From Candidatus Latescibacterota bacterium (lineage in GTDB: Bacteria; Latescibacterota; UBA2968), in contig OZ242010.1 of NCBI GenBank assembly GCA_965204745.1, positions 2,624,001-2,688,000 of the forward strand: 64,000 nucleotides of DNA. The letters are read 5' to 3'. Shown in pieces: positions 36,644 to 46,943 of this stretch (position 1 is the stretch's first letter; each line of letters starts with the position of its first letter). The notes under the pieces were generated by a model. The model searched no databases and was not told where the DNA came from. It worked only from the letters and a program-made list of their open reading frames with translations. Position numbers and translations under genes: made by a program.

Positions 36644-37756
36644 ATGTCCAACATCAAAATACTATTCCTCTGTTGCATCGCGGTTTGGGGCGCGGTTGTG
36701 CCCATCGAGGCGCGATTGAATTTGCATTATGCACGCGGTTTCCGGGTGGATTATTTCAAAGGGTACAAGGTCGTCACCGTGCATGCACGCCAGCGCGGTG
36801 CAGAGGCATCGTTTCAGTACGTGTTGGTGCAGCGCGGGCATGCGCGGCCCGATGGGTATGAGGGCGTTCCGCATATCGAAATCCCGGTGCGGACTTTGAT
36901 TGCGACCTCCACTACGCACTTGCCGCACATCGAAAAGCTCGGTGAACTCGACCGTCTCATTGCGATAGACAACATCAAATACGTCAATTCACAGGCCATC
37001 AATCGGCGTTTTGAAGCCGGCAAATTGACCGAAATCGGGCGGGGCACGGCCATGGATAGAGAAAAGGTCTTGGTGCTCCAACCCGATCTCCTCATCACAG
37101 ACGCGGCCGATAACACCCATCTCGCGCTACAACAGGCCGGCATCCCGGTTGTGATAAACGCCGCGTACGCCGAACCCTCTTTGCTCGGTCGCGTGGAGTG
37201 GATCAAACTGATCGCTGCTTTTTTTGACAAAGAAGAACGGGCATCCGCCCAATTTGACGGGGTGGTTGCCCGCTACGAGGCGCGCAAAGCATTGACGCAA
37301 CATTTGCCGGCAAGTGCTCGCCCCTCGGTGTTTGTAGGCTCGCTCTGGCGCGGAACGTGGTTTATGTCCGGCGGCGAGACGTACGCGGCGCAACTGCTCA
37401 AAGACGCGGGCGCGAATTACCTGTGGGCAGACGACGACTCGCAACAGAGTTTGTCGCTCGATTTTGAAACAGTGTACGAAAAGGCGCACGATGCGGATTG
37501 CTGGATCACCATGCAAAATGCGTGGGTGTCTCGAAGCGATGTTGCGACTGCGGACGAGCGGTACCAAACATTCTCCGCCTTCAAATCCGGGCAAATTTTC
37601 AACGCCAATGCACGTCTCAACAAATACGGCGGCAATGATTACTGGGAAACCGGGCTGATAGAACCCGACATGCTCTTGGCTGACATCATCAAGATTCTGC
37701 ATCCCAATTTGCTACCAGACCACCAACTCAAATACTACCGAAAACTCGATCCGTAG
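36644..37756 (+). CDS. Cobalamin/Fe-siderophore ABC substrate-binding protein (BtuF-like)
   Basis: 'YARGFRV', 'EPSLLGRVEWIK', 'GGNDYWETG...PDMLLADIIKILHP'. Confidence 0.88.
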   Translation: MSNIKILFLCCIAVWGAVVPIEARLNLHYARGFRVDYFKGYKVVTVHARQRGAEASFQYVLVQRGHARPDGYEGVPHIEIPVRTLIATSTTHLPHIEKLGELDRLIAIDNIKYVNSQAINRRFEAGKLTEIGRGTAMDREKVLVLQPDLLITDAADNTHLALQQAGIPVVINAAYAEPSLLGRVEWIKLIAAFFDKEERASAQFDGVVARYEARKALTQHLPASARPSVFVGSLWRGTWFMSGGETYAAQLLKDAGANYLWADDDSQQSLSLDFETVYEKAHDADCWITMQNAWVSRSDVATADERYQTFSAFKSGQIFNANARLNKYGGNDYWETGLIEPDMLLADIIKILHPNLLPDHQLKYYRKLDP

Positions 37757-37869
37757 TCCGAATCCAATGGTTTAGAACAAGGGAAAACGCACGGGCGGAC
37801 GATGGGCAGAGTGGGGCACGCACGGACGAGGTGGAAGGGATGGGCGGGCCGCTGGGCGGAGACTTTTTT

Positions 37870-40065
37870 ATGCGCTACATCATTTTCTTTCTGTGCTTGC
37901 ACACCCCGCTTTGGGCCGCGCAACTCGTCGGGCGGGTCGTTGATGCAGAGACCCAGAGGCCCGTCGCAAATGCGAGTGTTCGCATCCACAATGCCGCGGT
38001 TGCGACTCAGACGGATGGAACTGGACGCTTTGCGTTTCTCGATCTGTCGCTCGGCCCTTATACCCTCGCCATATCCCATGTGGCCTACGACTCGGTCGAG
38101 CGCGCCGTGCAGGCGACCGAAACCGGCGAACTTTTGATCGCGCTTTCGCCCAAAACGCTTTCGCTCGACGAACTCTCGGTCATCGCGGATCCCAGCGGCA
38201 CGGGCGATATTTACAGGCATTCGGCGTATGCGACCGTGATCACGCGCGAATATTTTGACGGGCGAGAAACCTCCTTGCCCGATGTATTGGCCGAAGCCGT
38301 GGGCGTGCAGGTCAAACGCTTGGGGGGCTTGGGCGCGTTCAGCGCGATTTCCCTGCGCGGATCATCCGCCGATCAGGTCGAGGTCTATCTCGATGGCATG
38401 TTGCTCAATGCCGCGGTTGGCGGGGGCGTCGACCTCGGCAATCTCCCGCTCGCGCACGTCGGGCAAATTGAAATCTATCGCGGCGCGGGGGGCAATGGCT
38501 TGGGCGGCGCGGTGCATGTGCGGACGCGCCCCACCGCCGAGCAGGGATCGCGCGAGATTCGCGGATCGTGGGGGTCGTTTGACACGCGATCACTCAGCGG
38601 CGCGATAGCGGGCGGGGTTGGGCAGTCGCGGTTTTTGGCGGTGGCCGATTACGCACACAGCGACAACGATTTTGGATTTCTCGACGACAATGGCACGGAA
38701 TACAATGCCGATGACGATGCGTGGCACAGTCGGCAGAACAACGCCCACCTATCGGTCAATTTTTTGGGCAAATGGCGGCACGCATTCGGCACGCGCAGAA
38801 CCCTGTCCGTCCAAGAGACCGCGTACTGGAAACGCCAGGGCATCCCCGGCATTGGCAACAACCAATCGCAACATGCCCAACTACGCGCCTTCCGAACCTT
38901 TACTGAAATCGCTTATGAAGATCGCGCCTTGTTGCGCGGCATCACCCTGCGCCAGTCGCTCTATTTTACCCATACCAAAGAGCGGTTCCGCGATCTCGAT
39001 GGCGAAATCGGCATTGGCCGCCAAGACAACGATTACCGCACGCGCACGTACGGATGGCGAGGTCAGATCCAAACCGTTCTCTTGTCGTGCGGTGATATTG
39101 CGGCATCGCTCGACCTGCATCGCGAGACCTATTTGCCCACGACCCGCATCGGCACGAGCGTCAATTTGTTCGACAGCCAGCGGTGGATCATGTCTGCGCG
39201 CGCGCGCCTGGACATCCCGTTGCCGCGCAATATCGGCTTATGGTCTTTTGGCGTGGAACAACGCCGCATCCACAGTTCGTTCACCGGTGCCAATCCCTTC
39301 AATTTTTCGCCTCTCGCGCCCGATTCGACCCATAAGCGCGATTTGACCAGCTTGCGGTCGGGCGTGCGACTTGACCTGACGCCCAACACAATGCTCAAAG
39401 CCAATGCCGGGCGCGTGTTTCGAGTGCCTTCTTTTTACGAACTTTTCGGCGACCGCGGCGGCATCGTGGGCAATGTCGATCTCGTGCCGGAGCGCGGGCG
39501 CACTTGGGATGCGGGTCTGCGTTATGCAGACGAGACGACCGAGCTAGAGGGCGCGTATTTTGACCATCGCTATGAAAATTTGATCCAGTTTGTCCACACG
39601 TCACAAGCCACGGCGCGCCCGGTCAACATCGGCAATGCGCGCGTGCATGGGCTTGAGTTCACCGCGCAAAAACGCTTTGGCGACCACGTCAATCTGTCGG
39701 GTAATTACACTTTTCAGCGCGCCAAAGACAAATCCGATATCCCCCATCTCAGCGGCAATACCTTGCCCAACCGCCCGCCCCACGCGCTTTTTGCCCGCAT
39801 CGCGACGCGCATGGGCCGTTGCACGGTTTTTTACGATTACACGTTTGAAGATGGCAATTTTCTCGACCGCGCCAATCGCCGCCCATTGTCCGCGCGGCAC
39901 ATTCACAACGCGGGCGTAAAAATACCGGTCGAGCGACGGGTTCGCATTGGCCTTGAGGCGAAAAATTTGAGCGGTTCACAAATCGCCGATACCTGGGGCT
40001 ATCCCCTGCCGGGACGGGCGTTTTTTATCAGCATATCCACAGGAGGAACCACAGATGAACACTGA
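37870..40065 (+). CDS. TonB-dependent receptor (BtuB-like)
   Basis: CarboxypepD_reg-like N-terminus; plug 'ISLRGSSADQVEVYLDG'; 'RVPSFYELF', 'GNVDLVPE', 'GYPLPGRAF'. Confidence 0.9.
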   Translation: MRYIIFFLCLHTPLWAAQLVGRVVDAETQRPVANASVRIHNAAVATQTDGTGRFAFLDLSLGPYTLAISHVAYDSVERAVQATETGELLIALSPKTLSLDELSVIADPSGTGDIYRHSAYATVITREYFDGRETSLPDVLAEAVGVQVKRLGGLGAFSAISLRGSSADQVEVYLDGMLLNAAVGGGVDLGNLPLAHVGQIEIYRGAGGNGLGGAVHVRTRPTAEQGSREIRGSWGSFDTRSLSGAIAGGVGQSRFLAVADYAHSDNDFGFLDDNGTEYNADDDAWHSRQNNAHLSVNFLGKWRHAFGTRRTLSVQETAYWKRQGIPGIGNNQSQHAQLRAFRTFTEIAYEDRALLRGITLRQSLYFTHTKERFRDLDGEIGIGRQDNDYRTRTYGWRGQIQTVLLSCGDIAASLDLHRETYLPTTRIGTSVNLFDSQRWIMSARARLDIPLPRNIGLWSFGVEQRRIHSSFTGANPFNFSPLAPDSTHKRDLTSLRSGVRLDLTPNTMLKANAGRVFRVPSFYELFGDRGGIVGNVDLVPERGRTWDAGLRYADETTELEGAYFDHRYENLIQFVHTSQATARPVNIGNARVHGLEFTAQKRFGDHVNLSGNYTFQRAKDKSDIPHLSGNTLPNRPPHALFARIATRMGRCTVFYDYTFEDGNFLDRANRRPLSARHIHNAGVKIPVERRVRIGLEAKNLSGSQIADTWGYPLPGRAFFISISTGGTTDEH

Positions 40066-40200
40066 TGAACACTGATGGACAGATTAGGTTCTGTTGACAT
40101 TGACGAGCAAAGCAACTGGCTTGAGCGATTTATCGAGAAAATCAAGCCCTATCTCAGGATATGCTCTCGATTTGAGAAACTGGAACAGTCGCTCCTTATC

Positions 40201-40527
40201 GGGACCTACCCCCCTAACCCCCCTTCCTGCGAGGAAGGGGGGAACGCGGATGGGTTTTGCGAGGGTGTTGATGAGGGATTTTTAATCGCTTTATGCTCTA
40301 TCGGGACCTACCCCCTAACCCCGTTACTCGCTACGCTTCGTTGTAGGCTACGCCTGTGCCTGCGAGGAAGGGGGGAACGCGGATGGGTTTTGTGAGGGGA
40401 TGGTGTGAGGGATATTTAATCGCTTTATGCCCTCGTGCAACGCCATCAGAGCAACCCAGAGCGAGAAGCCATCAAAGGAGCTTTACTCCCCTTTCCTCGT
40501 AGGAAAGGGGCCGGGGGATAGGTCCCC
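40201..40527. repeat. REP/MITE-like cluster
   Basis: Arm B(+), arm B(+ with insert), arm A(-). Confidence 0.85.
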
Positions 40528-40692
40528 TCGGTCAACGCCATCAAAGGACCAAACGCCTTAGAGGCGCGGGCCGAGGTCACGCACACGGCGGGATGAGGAC
40601 GGGATGGGCACGCACGGGCGGTTGGGCGGTGAGGTGAGGCCGCACGGGCGGCGGGGTGGAGAGGTGGACTGAACTTTTCAAAGGAGCGTATC

Positions 40693-41844
40693 ATGAAGTT
40701 GTTTGTGATTTTGGTGTCCTGTTTGATTGTCGCTTGTTTGATGGCGGCGTGTGAAAAAAAAGACAACCCTATGACAAGTGACCCCGATTTGGCATTGCAG
40801 ACAAATCTGGCGGTTATGACGACGACGGATTACAATAGTGGCAACCTGTCCAGTTTGGATTTGCAGACGCACGTCGCGACCCGCGATCACCTGACGATTC
40901 ATTCCGATGCTGTGGTGCGCGTTTATCGGGACGAGGTGTACGTCCTCAACCGGTTGGGACAAGACAATGTGATCGTTTTGAACAGCGGGGATTTGAAGAC
41001 GCCGCTGACGCAGTATTCAACTGGCAATGGCAGCAACCCGCACGACTTGGCGTTTGTCAGCGAGGATAAGGCGTACATCTCGCGGTACGAACGCACGCAG
41101 TTGCTCGTCGTCAATCCGGTGACGGGCGATTCCCTGGGCGCGGTTGATCTGTCGGGATTTGCCGACGCGGATGGCTTGCCCGAGATGTCTCAACTCGCCC
41201 TGTACGGCAATCGCCTGTTTGTCGCGTGTCAGCGTTTGGACAGGGACAATGGCTATGTGCCTGCGGATGTTTCGATTATTGCGGTCATTGACGTAACAAC
41301 CGATCAGGTGGTGGATGTGGATGAGAACGCCGCGGGCGTGCAGGGCGTTGCGATGGCGGGCAAGAATCCCGCAGGCGCGGTGCAACGCGGTGGGAAGTGG
41401 ATATTGAGCACGGTCAATACGTTTGCGGATTTGACGGATGGCGGTATAGAAGTGATCGATCTGGCAAATTTGAGGAGCGAGGGCATCGCCCTTGGCGAGA
41501 TGGCTTTGGGCGGCAATTTGAGTTCTCTGACGATGGTTTCCGATAGCGAGGGGTATGTCGTCGTCACAGATGCGAATTTTGCCAATGCGGTCAAACGCTT
41601 TGATTTGGCAACGCAGTTTGTGTCCCCGAGTTTGGAGGGTCTTTCGGGCGGATTCGTCCCCGGTTTGGGCGCGTTTGGCAACGGGTTGTACGTGTTGGAC
41701 CGGGGCAGTTTTACCGATCCCGCATCTGCTGGCGTGAAGGTTTTCGATGTGAATACCCATCAACTCGTCGCCGGCCCCATCAGCACGGGGTTGCCGCCTT
41801 CGAGCATTGCATTTGTGGGTAGCCCCGCGGATTCTGGCGGATGA
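40693..41844 (+). CDS. Beta-propeller lipoprotein (YncE/BtuG-like cobalamin capture protein)
   Basis: Lipobox 'LMAAC'; 'YVLNR', 'NPHDLAFVS..KAYISRY', 'DADGLPEM'; B12 operon context. Confidence 0.75.
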   Translation: MKLFVILVSCLIVACLMAACEKKDNPMTSDPDLALQTNLAVMTTTDYNSGNLSSLDLQTHVATRDHLTIHSDAVVRVYRDEVYVLNRLGQDNVIVLNSGDLKTPLTQYSTGNGSNPHDLAFVSEDKAYISRYERTQLLVVNPVTGDSLGAVDLSGFADADGLPEMSQLALYGNRLFVACQRLDRDNGYVPADVSIIAVIDVTTDQVVDVDENAAGVQGVAMAGKNPAGAVQRGGKWILSTVNTFADLTDGGIEVIDLANLRSEGIALGEMALGGNLSSLTMVSDSEGYVVVTDANFANAVKRFDLATQFVSPSLEGLSGGFVPGLGAFGNGLYVLDRGSFTDPASAGVKVFDVNTHQLVAGPISTGLPPSSIAFVGSPADSGG

Positions 41845-41856
41845 TTGGAGGGTTGA

Positions 41857-42396
41857 ATGAAAAAGCGACACGTCAAAAAGGGCTTGGTCATGGTCAATAC
41901 CGGCGATGGCAAGGGCAAGACCACCGCCGCGCTGGGGGTGATGACCCGCGCATGGGGGCGCAAAATGCGCGTGGGGGTGATTCAGTTTTTGAAGCACGAG
42001 AACGCCAATTTCGGCGAGATTCGCGCGGCCAGACGCATGGCAATCGACTGGATTGGCACAGGGGATGGGTGGACGTGGAAGAGCAAGGACATCGATGAGA
42101 CGCAGGCGCGGGCATTGCGCGGTTGGGAACTGGCACAGGAGCGCATTGCGAGCGGAGAATACGATCTGTTTATTTTGGACGAGTTCACGTATCTGATGGA
42201 TTTTGGCTGGTTGGATGCGACCGAGGTGGTGGCCTGGCTGCGCGAGAACAAGCCCGAGATGTTGCACGTCATCATCACGGGCCGAAACGCGCCCGATGCG
42301 TTGATCGCCCATGCCGATTTGGTGACAGAGATGCGAGAGATCAAGCATCCGTTCCGCGATCAGGATATCGTCGCGCAGCCGGGGATCGATTTTTAG
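41857..42396 (+). CDS. cobO: Cob(I)yrinic acid a,c-diamide adenosyltransferase
   Basis: '[13 protein letters not shown]', 'QFLK', 'LDEFT', 'ITGRNAP', 'ADLVTEM..IKHP', 'GIDF'. Confidence 0.95.
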   Translation: MKKRHVKKGLVMVNTGDGKGKTTAALGVMTRAWGRKMRVGVIQFLKHENANFGEIRAARRMAIDWIGTGDGWTWKSKDIDETQARALRGWELAQERIASGEYDLFILDEFTYLMDFGWLDATEVVAWLRENKPEMLHVIITGRNAPDALIAHADLVTEMREIKHPFRDQDIVAQPGIDF

Positions 42397-42505
42397 ATAC
42401 GAATAGACGCACGGGCGTAGCCTACAACACAGCGCAACCAGTCCTGCACCCAAAACCAGTGGTCAGTCTCCGCTTTCGAGCAGATGCTACGCCGGTTGCG
42501 TTTGG

Positions 42506-43555
42506 ATGGTTATGCAGGCGAGCCCGTTCGATGTGGAAATACAACCCGTGACCGATCCCGTTCTCACAACCCAAAATCTCGCTGTGGGGTATGACCGCCC
42601 GCGTCGCGTCGTGGCCGGCGAGATCGACTTGTCGCTCATGCGCGGGGAATTTGTGTGTTTGCTCGGGCCCAATGGCGCGGGCAAATCCACGCTTATACGC
42701 ACACTCGCGGGCATGCAACCGCCGCTCGCTGGGCGCATCTATCTCATGGGCAAAGCCCTCGCGGCGCTATCTGCAACCGACAGAGCGCGCACCCTTAGCG
42801 TGGTGCTCACAGATCGCATCGGCGTCGGCATCGCAGTGGCCCGCGATTTGGTCGCCTTGGGGCGATACCCGCACACCAACTGGATCGGTCGCCTCACGGA
42901 TGAAGATGAACGGGCCGTTTCATGGGCACTTCAAGCCGCGGGCGCATCGCACCTCGCGCATCGCAATGTGGCCGAACTCAGCGATGGGGAGCGTCAAAAA
43001 GTGATGATCGCCCGCGCCCTGGCACAACAGCCCGATCTTTTGATTTTGGACGAACCCACGGCTTTTCTCGATCTGCCCCGCCGCGTGGAAATCATGGCCT
43101 TGTTGCGAAACCTCGCACACGCCACCGGCAAAGCGATCTTGCTTTCCACGCACGACTTGGACTTGGCCCTGCGCTGTGCGGATCGAATCTGCCTATTGCC
43201 CATCGATGGCGCGATGCAAACCGGCGCGCCCGAGGATCTGATCCTCAACGGGGCTTATGAACGCGCATTCCAAAGCGAGGGCATCCGCTTTGACGCGGAC
43301 ACCGGGGCCTTTGTGCTCGCCGCACAACGCGGGCATTCCGCTGTTTCGGTTTCGGGACAAGGGCGAGTCGCCCATTGGACAAAGCACGCACTCAACCGCG
43401 CCGGGTTCCGCGTGACAGATGCACTATCGGCTTGCCACATCAGCATTCGGGAAGGCGATCCCCCTTCTTGGCGCGTAGAACGCGATGGCGCGGTTCGGGA
43501 ACACGCCTCGATTTGCGAATTGATCGCGTCGCTCGGGTGTCTGAATCGGGATTGA
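42506..43555 (+). CDS. ABC transporter ATP-binding protein (BtuD/FecE-like)
   Basis: 'GPNGAGKST', 'LSDGERQK', 'LDEPTAFLD', 'STHDL'. Confidence 0.92.
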   Translation: MVMQASPFDVEIQPVTDPVLTTQNLAVGYDRPRRVVAGEIDLSLMRGEFVCLLGPNGAGKSTLIRTLAGMQPPLAGRIYLMGKALAALSATDRARTLSVVLTDRIGVGIAVARDLVALGRYPHTNWIGRLTDEDERAVSWALQAAGASHLAHRNVAELSDGERQKVMIARALAQQPDLLILDEPTAFLDLPRRVEIMALLRNLAHATGKAILLSTHDLDLALRCADRICLLPIDGAMQTGAPEDLILNGAYERAFQSEGIRFDADTGAFVLAAQRGHSAVSVSGQGRVAHWTKHALNRAGFRVTDALSACHISIREGDPPSWRVERDGAVREHASICELIASLGCLNRD

Positions 43556-43577
43556 CACCTGCGAAAGACGAGAAAGA

Positions 43578-44087
43578 GGGACCTATCCCCCGGCCCCGTT
43601 ATTCGCTTTGCTCATTGTAGGCTACGCCTGTGCCTACGAGGAAAGGGGGAGCGCATGGCTTTCTTGAAGGGTTGCATCCAAGGCTGTTTTGATGGCTTTG
43701 GGACCTATCCCCCGGCCCCTTTCCTGCAAGGAAAGGGGAGTAAAGTTTCTTTGATGGCTTATATCAATGGCTACTCTGATAGCGTTGTGCGAGAGTACCT
43801 ATCCCCCGGCCCCGTTATTCGCTTCGCTCATTGTAGGCTACGCCTGTGCCTACGAGGAAAGGGGAGTAAAGCTCCTTTGATGGCTTCTTTTGTGAGGGGA
43901 CCTATCCCCCGGCCCCTTTCCTACGAGGAAAGGGGAGTAAAGTGCCTTTGATGGCTTCTCGCTATGGTTGCTCTGATGGCGTTGACCGAGGGCATAAAGC
44001 GATTAAAATCCCTCACCCCATCCCCTCGCAAAACCGCTCACTGTTCCCCCCTTCCTCACAGGAAGGGGGGTTAGGGGGGTAGGTCCC
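43578..44087. repeat. REP/MITE-like array (four A arms plus an inverted B arm) inside the btu operon
   Basis: Repeated ACCTATCCCCCGGCCCC near 43578, 43700, 43797 and 43897. Confidence 0.88.
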
Positions 44088-44215
44088 AATAAGGCATAAA
44101 GCGATTGCGAAAGCCGCGAAAGAGAGCGGACGGGCACGCACGGGTGGCTGGGGGGAGAGGTGGACTGACTACTGACTACTGACCACTGACTACTGATTCT
44201 AAACCATACATCGCC

Positions 44216-45286
44216 ATGTCTCTACCCATAGAACATAAAACGCAGAGAGGGTCTCGGCGCGTTGTCGCGTTGGGGTTGTTCCCATTGCTCTTGATCGCGT
44301 TTGGTTTGAGTTTGTCCCTCGGGTCGGTTCGCATTCCCCTGACAGATCTGTTGGGCATTCTCGTGGGCCGCGACGCGTCTGTTCCCGCATGGGTGGTCAT
44401 CGTTCACACCATCCGCTTGCCCAAAGCCCTGACCGCTGTGTTGGCGGGCGCCGCGCTTTCCGCGAGTGGGTTGCAAATGCAAACGCTTTTTCGCAATCCA
44501 TTGGCCGATCCCTTTGTGCTCGGCATCAATGCGGGTGCCAGTTTGGGCGTTGCTATCGTGGTGCTGAGTGTGGGATCAATCGGCGGCGTGCTCATCGCTG
44601 GCTTGGGCCTTTTGGGCGATTTGAGTTTGGTCGTCGCGGCCAGTTTGGGCGCAGGGGCCGTGCTCGGCTGCGTGTTGCTCATTTCCGCCCGAGTGCAAAG
44701 CGCGATGACCCTGCTCATTCTCGGCCTGATGTTCGGGTACGCGACCGGGGCCTTTGTCAGCATTTTGATTTATTTTGGCGTTCCCGAACAAATCCAATCC
44801 TACATTTTGTGGACGTTTGGGAGCTTTGGCAGTGTGACGTGGCGGCAAATGCCCGTGTTCTCGGCTGCGATTTTCCTCGGTCTCGCGCTGGCGTTTTCGT
44901 GCGTCAAGCCGCTCAACGCGCTGTTGCTCGGGGAAAATTACGCCCGCAGCATGGGCTTGAATGTCAAACGCGCCCGCGTGTGGATTTTGGTCAACGCATC
45001 CATCCTATCAGGCGCGACCACGGCGTTTTGCGGCCCCATCGCGTTTTTGGGCCTGGCCGTGCCCCATCTCTGCCGCAGCTCGTTGCACACATCCGACCAT
45101 CGCGTGCTGATGCCCGCTGTCACCTGTTTGGGCGCGACACTGGCCCTGTTGGCCGATCTGATCGCCCACTTGCCGGGCAGCCAATACGCCTTGCCCCTCA
45201 ATGCGGTGACATCCCTCATCGGCGCGCCCATCGTAATCGGCTTCATCCTCCACCGCAAAAACCTGATCCAAGCGAATATCCATTGA
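44216..45286 (+). CDS. ABC permease (BtuC/FecCD)
   Basis: 'IRLPKA', 'MQTLFRNPLADPFVLGI', 'LGENYARSMG', 'GPIAFLGLAVPHL'. Confidence 0.93.
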   Translation: MSLPIEHKTQRGSRRVVALGLFPLLLIAFGLSLSLGSVRIPLTDLLGILVGRDASVPAWVVIVHTIRLPKALTAVLAGAALSASGLQMQTLFRNPLADPFVLGINAGASLGVAIVVLSVGSIGGVLIAGLGLLGDLSLVVAASLGAGAVLGCVLLISARVQSAMTLLILGLMFGYATGAFVSILIYFGVPEQIQSYILWTFGSFGSVTWRQMPVFSAAIFLGLALAFSCVKPLNALLLGENYARSMGLNVKRARVWILVNASILSGATTAFCGPIAFLGLAVPHLCRSSLHTSDHRVLMPAVTCLGATLALLADLIAHLPGSQYALPLNAVTSLIGAPIVIGFILHRKNLIQANIH

Positions 45287-45351
45287 CTTTTTGCGGTCAG
45301 TGCTCTATTTTGTTATCCACATGAAGCCAAAACAAAAACTTGGAAATTGTC

Positions 45352-45627
45352 ATGCCACCCGTCACTGTCACACTGGATACCGATTTGGCTACCTTGTTGC
45401 AGAAACGCGATCAGCCCATTCAGAAAACGGCTCGCGAAATGATCATTCTGGAGCTCTACCGTCAAGGAAGCATATCCAGCGGCAAGGCGGCGCAATTACT
45501 GAACCTGTCGCGCTGGGAGTTTATCCAACATGCATCCCAACTGGGCATTGCTTTCTTTGATCTCAACGCTGAGGAATGGCAACGCGAACGGCTTCGGGCT
45601 GATGAGGCCGAACCATTGACTTTTTGA
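45352..45627 (+). CDS. UPF0175 family protein (orphan antitoxin-like)
   Basis: 'LELYRQGSISSGKAAQLLNLSRWEF'. Confidence 0.85.
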   Translation: MPPVTVTLDTDLATLLQKRDQPIQKTAREMIILELYRQGSISSGKAAQLLNLSRWEFIQHASQLGIAFFDLNAEEWQRERLRADEAEPLTF

Positions 45628-45652
45628 GGTCCGTTCTCTCTTTTCTACAAGT

Positions 45653-45931
45653 ATGAATTTTCACACCAAACATCCGCTCGTCAAAGCACTGATCGCCGTA
45701 TTGCTCGTTGGCGCGTTTGCCTGTGCGGTTGGGCACATGCTCGATCACGGGATGCACGAAGACCATTGCGCGATTTGCCATTGGGTTTACGGTGGCACTT
45801 ATCTCGTCAGTGCCGCAGTCGCGCTCGGTGCCTTGTACGTGCATTGTTTTCTCTTTTGGTCGAATCCGACATTTTTCCCCCACCTGTTTTTCCTCGCGCC
45901 GAAAGGCCGTTCCCCTCCAGCAGTCTCCTGA
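45653..45931 (+). CDS. DUF2946-like leader protein (His/CxxC, C-terminal RSPP)
   Basis: 'GHMLDHGMHEDHCAICH' ... 'KGRSPPAVS*'; upstream of a TonB receptor. Confidence 0.65.
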   Translation: MNFHTKHPLVKALIAVLLVGAFACAVGHMLDHGMHEDHCAICHWVYGGTYLVSAAVALGALYVHCFLFWSNPTFFPHLFFLAPKGRSPPAVS

Positions 45932-46151
45932 AAATCAGTTTCCCTTTCCGCAAACCTCTGCATCTGACCCTTTCGCTCATCGTTGAGGATGGGTACAGGT
46001 GTACCTCTTTGGGCGATCACAGGGGCACCGCCCCTACATCGCCTCTGAACTGGCTGTTGCCAGTTGTACCACTTTTGTGCCTTTGAACTGGCTGTTGCCA
46101 GTTGTACCTCGCTTGTGCCTTTTGTGGCTATCGCCTTTTGTGGCTATCGCC

Positions 46152-46196
46152 TTTTGTGCCTTTTGTGCCTTTTGTGCCTTTTGTGCCTTTTGTGGC
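46152..46196 (+). repeat. 9-mer tandem repeat (TTTTGTGCC)x5
   Basis: Read directly; reverse-orientation copies (CACAAAAGG) near 14033, 32855 and 36064. Confidence 0.9.
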
Positions 46197-46219
46197 TCAT
46201 CTTACTTCAGGAGACTTCC

Positions 46220-46693
46220 ATGTTTTTTCGATTGAAATATCTCGTGGCAGTGCTGGCCCTGTGTGTGGTCGGCTGTGGCAGTGATGATCCCGTGTCCCCG
46301 CAGGAAGAACATTTCGAACCCGAGGGCTTGGTCCTCATCGAATCCGGCAGGCGATTCTTTCGCTACTTTCAGGGAGAGATCGACGCCGGTAGTGGTCGGG
46401 ACGATCACCTCGACGTACCACTTGGCGATGAGACCCCCCACTGGCGCGTCCAATTTTTGGACGAAAATGGCGATGACCTCGCCTCCCCGGATGATACGGA
46501 ATTCACCTTGGGCTGGGAAATTGCCGATGAAACCATCGTCGAAGTCGTCCAAGACGAGGGTGACGAGGGCAAATTTGAATTTCACCTACACGGCCTCAAA
46601 GAAGGAGAAACCACCATCAGACTGCTGGTAAACCACGGAGGCCACGCAGACTTCCGCACGACGCCCCTTCCCGTGCATGTCGTCGCGCAATAA
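46220..46693 (+). CDS. Acidic lipoprotein associated with the TonB receptor
   Basis: AGGAGA SD; lipobox 'VVGC'; 'EEHFEPEG', 'NHGGHADFRTTP'. Confidence 0.8.
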   Translation: MFFRLKYLVAVLALCVVGCGSDDPVSPQEEHFEPEGLVLIESGRRFFRYFQGEIDAGSGRDDHLDVPLGDETPHWRVQFLDENGDDLASPDDTEFTLGWEIADETIVEVVQDEGDEGKFEFHLHGLKEGETTIRLLVNHGGHADFRTTPLPVHVVAQ

Positions 46694-46765
46694 GCGCGTC
46701 CCCTAGCTTTGGACGGGATGGAGTTGCTATCCCGTCCATTTATTTTCTCAGGAGTCCAGTATGAA

Positions 46766-46941
46766 ATTGAAAATGTCAGCATCAGCTGGGACGGGGGCGC
46801 AGGGGTCGCCACGAGCAATGAGCGCGGGCGATTCGTCTTGCACTTGTTCCCGGGCATGCACCACCTCTCCTTTTCGCGCACTGGCTACCGCACAGCGCGC
46901 AGGAAAGTCGTGGTTCTCGCCGGGAAAATGCCCTTTTTGTA
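46766..46941 (+). pseudogene. Diverged partial duplicate of the receptor 5' region (47046-47221)
   Basis: About 175-bp direct repeat offset by 280 nt; its cognate frame ends in TAA at 46940-46942. Confidence 0.75.
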
Positions 46942-46943
46942 AA

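Noticed and set aside
40075-40395. Small ORFs inside repeat clusters (also 3180-3443, 10305-10541, 43655-43951, 58063-58344)
   Set aside because: They are translations of REP/MITE sequence.
43578-44087. Repeated ~40-bp units with spacers, resembling a CRISPR array
   Set aside because: The spacers resemble each other and vary in length, the units are dispersed REP arms, and no cas operon is present.
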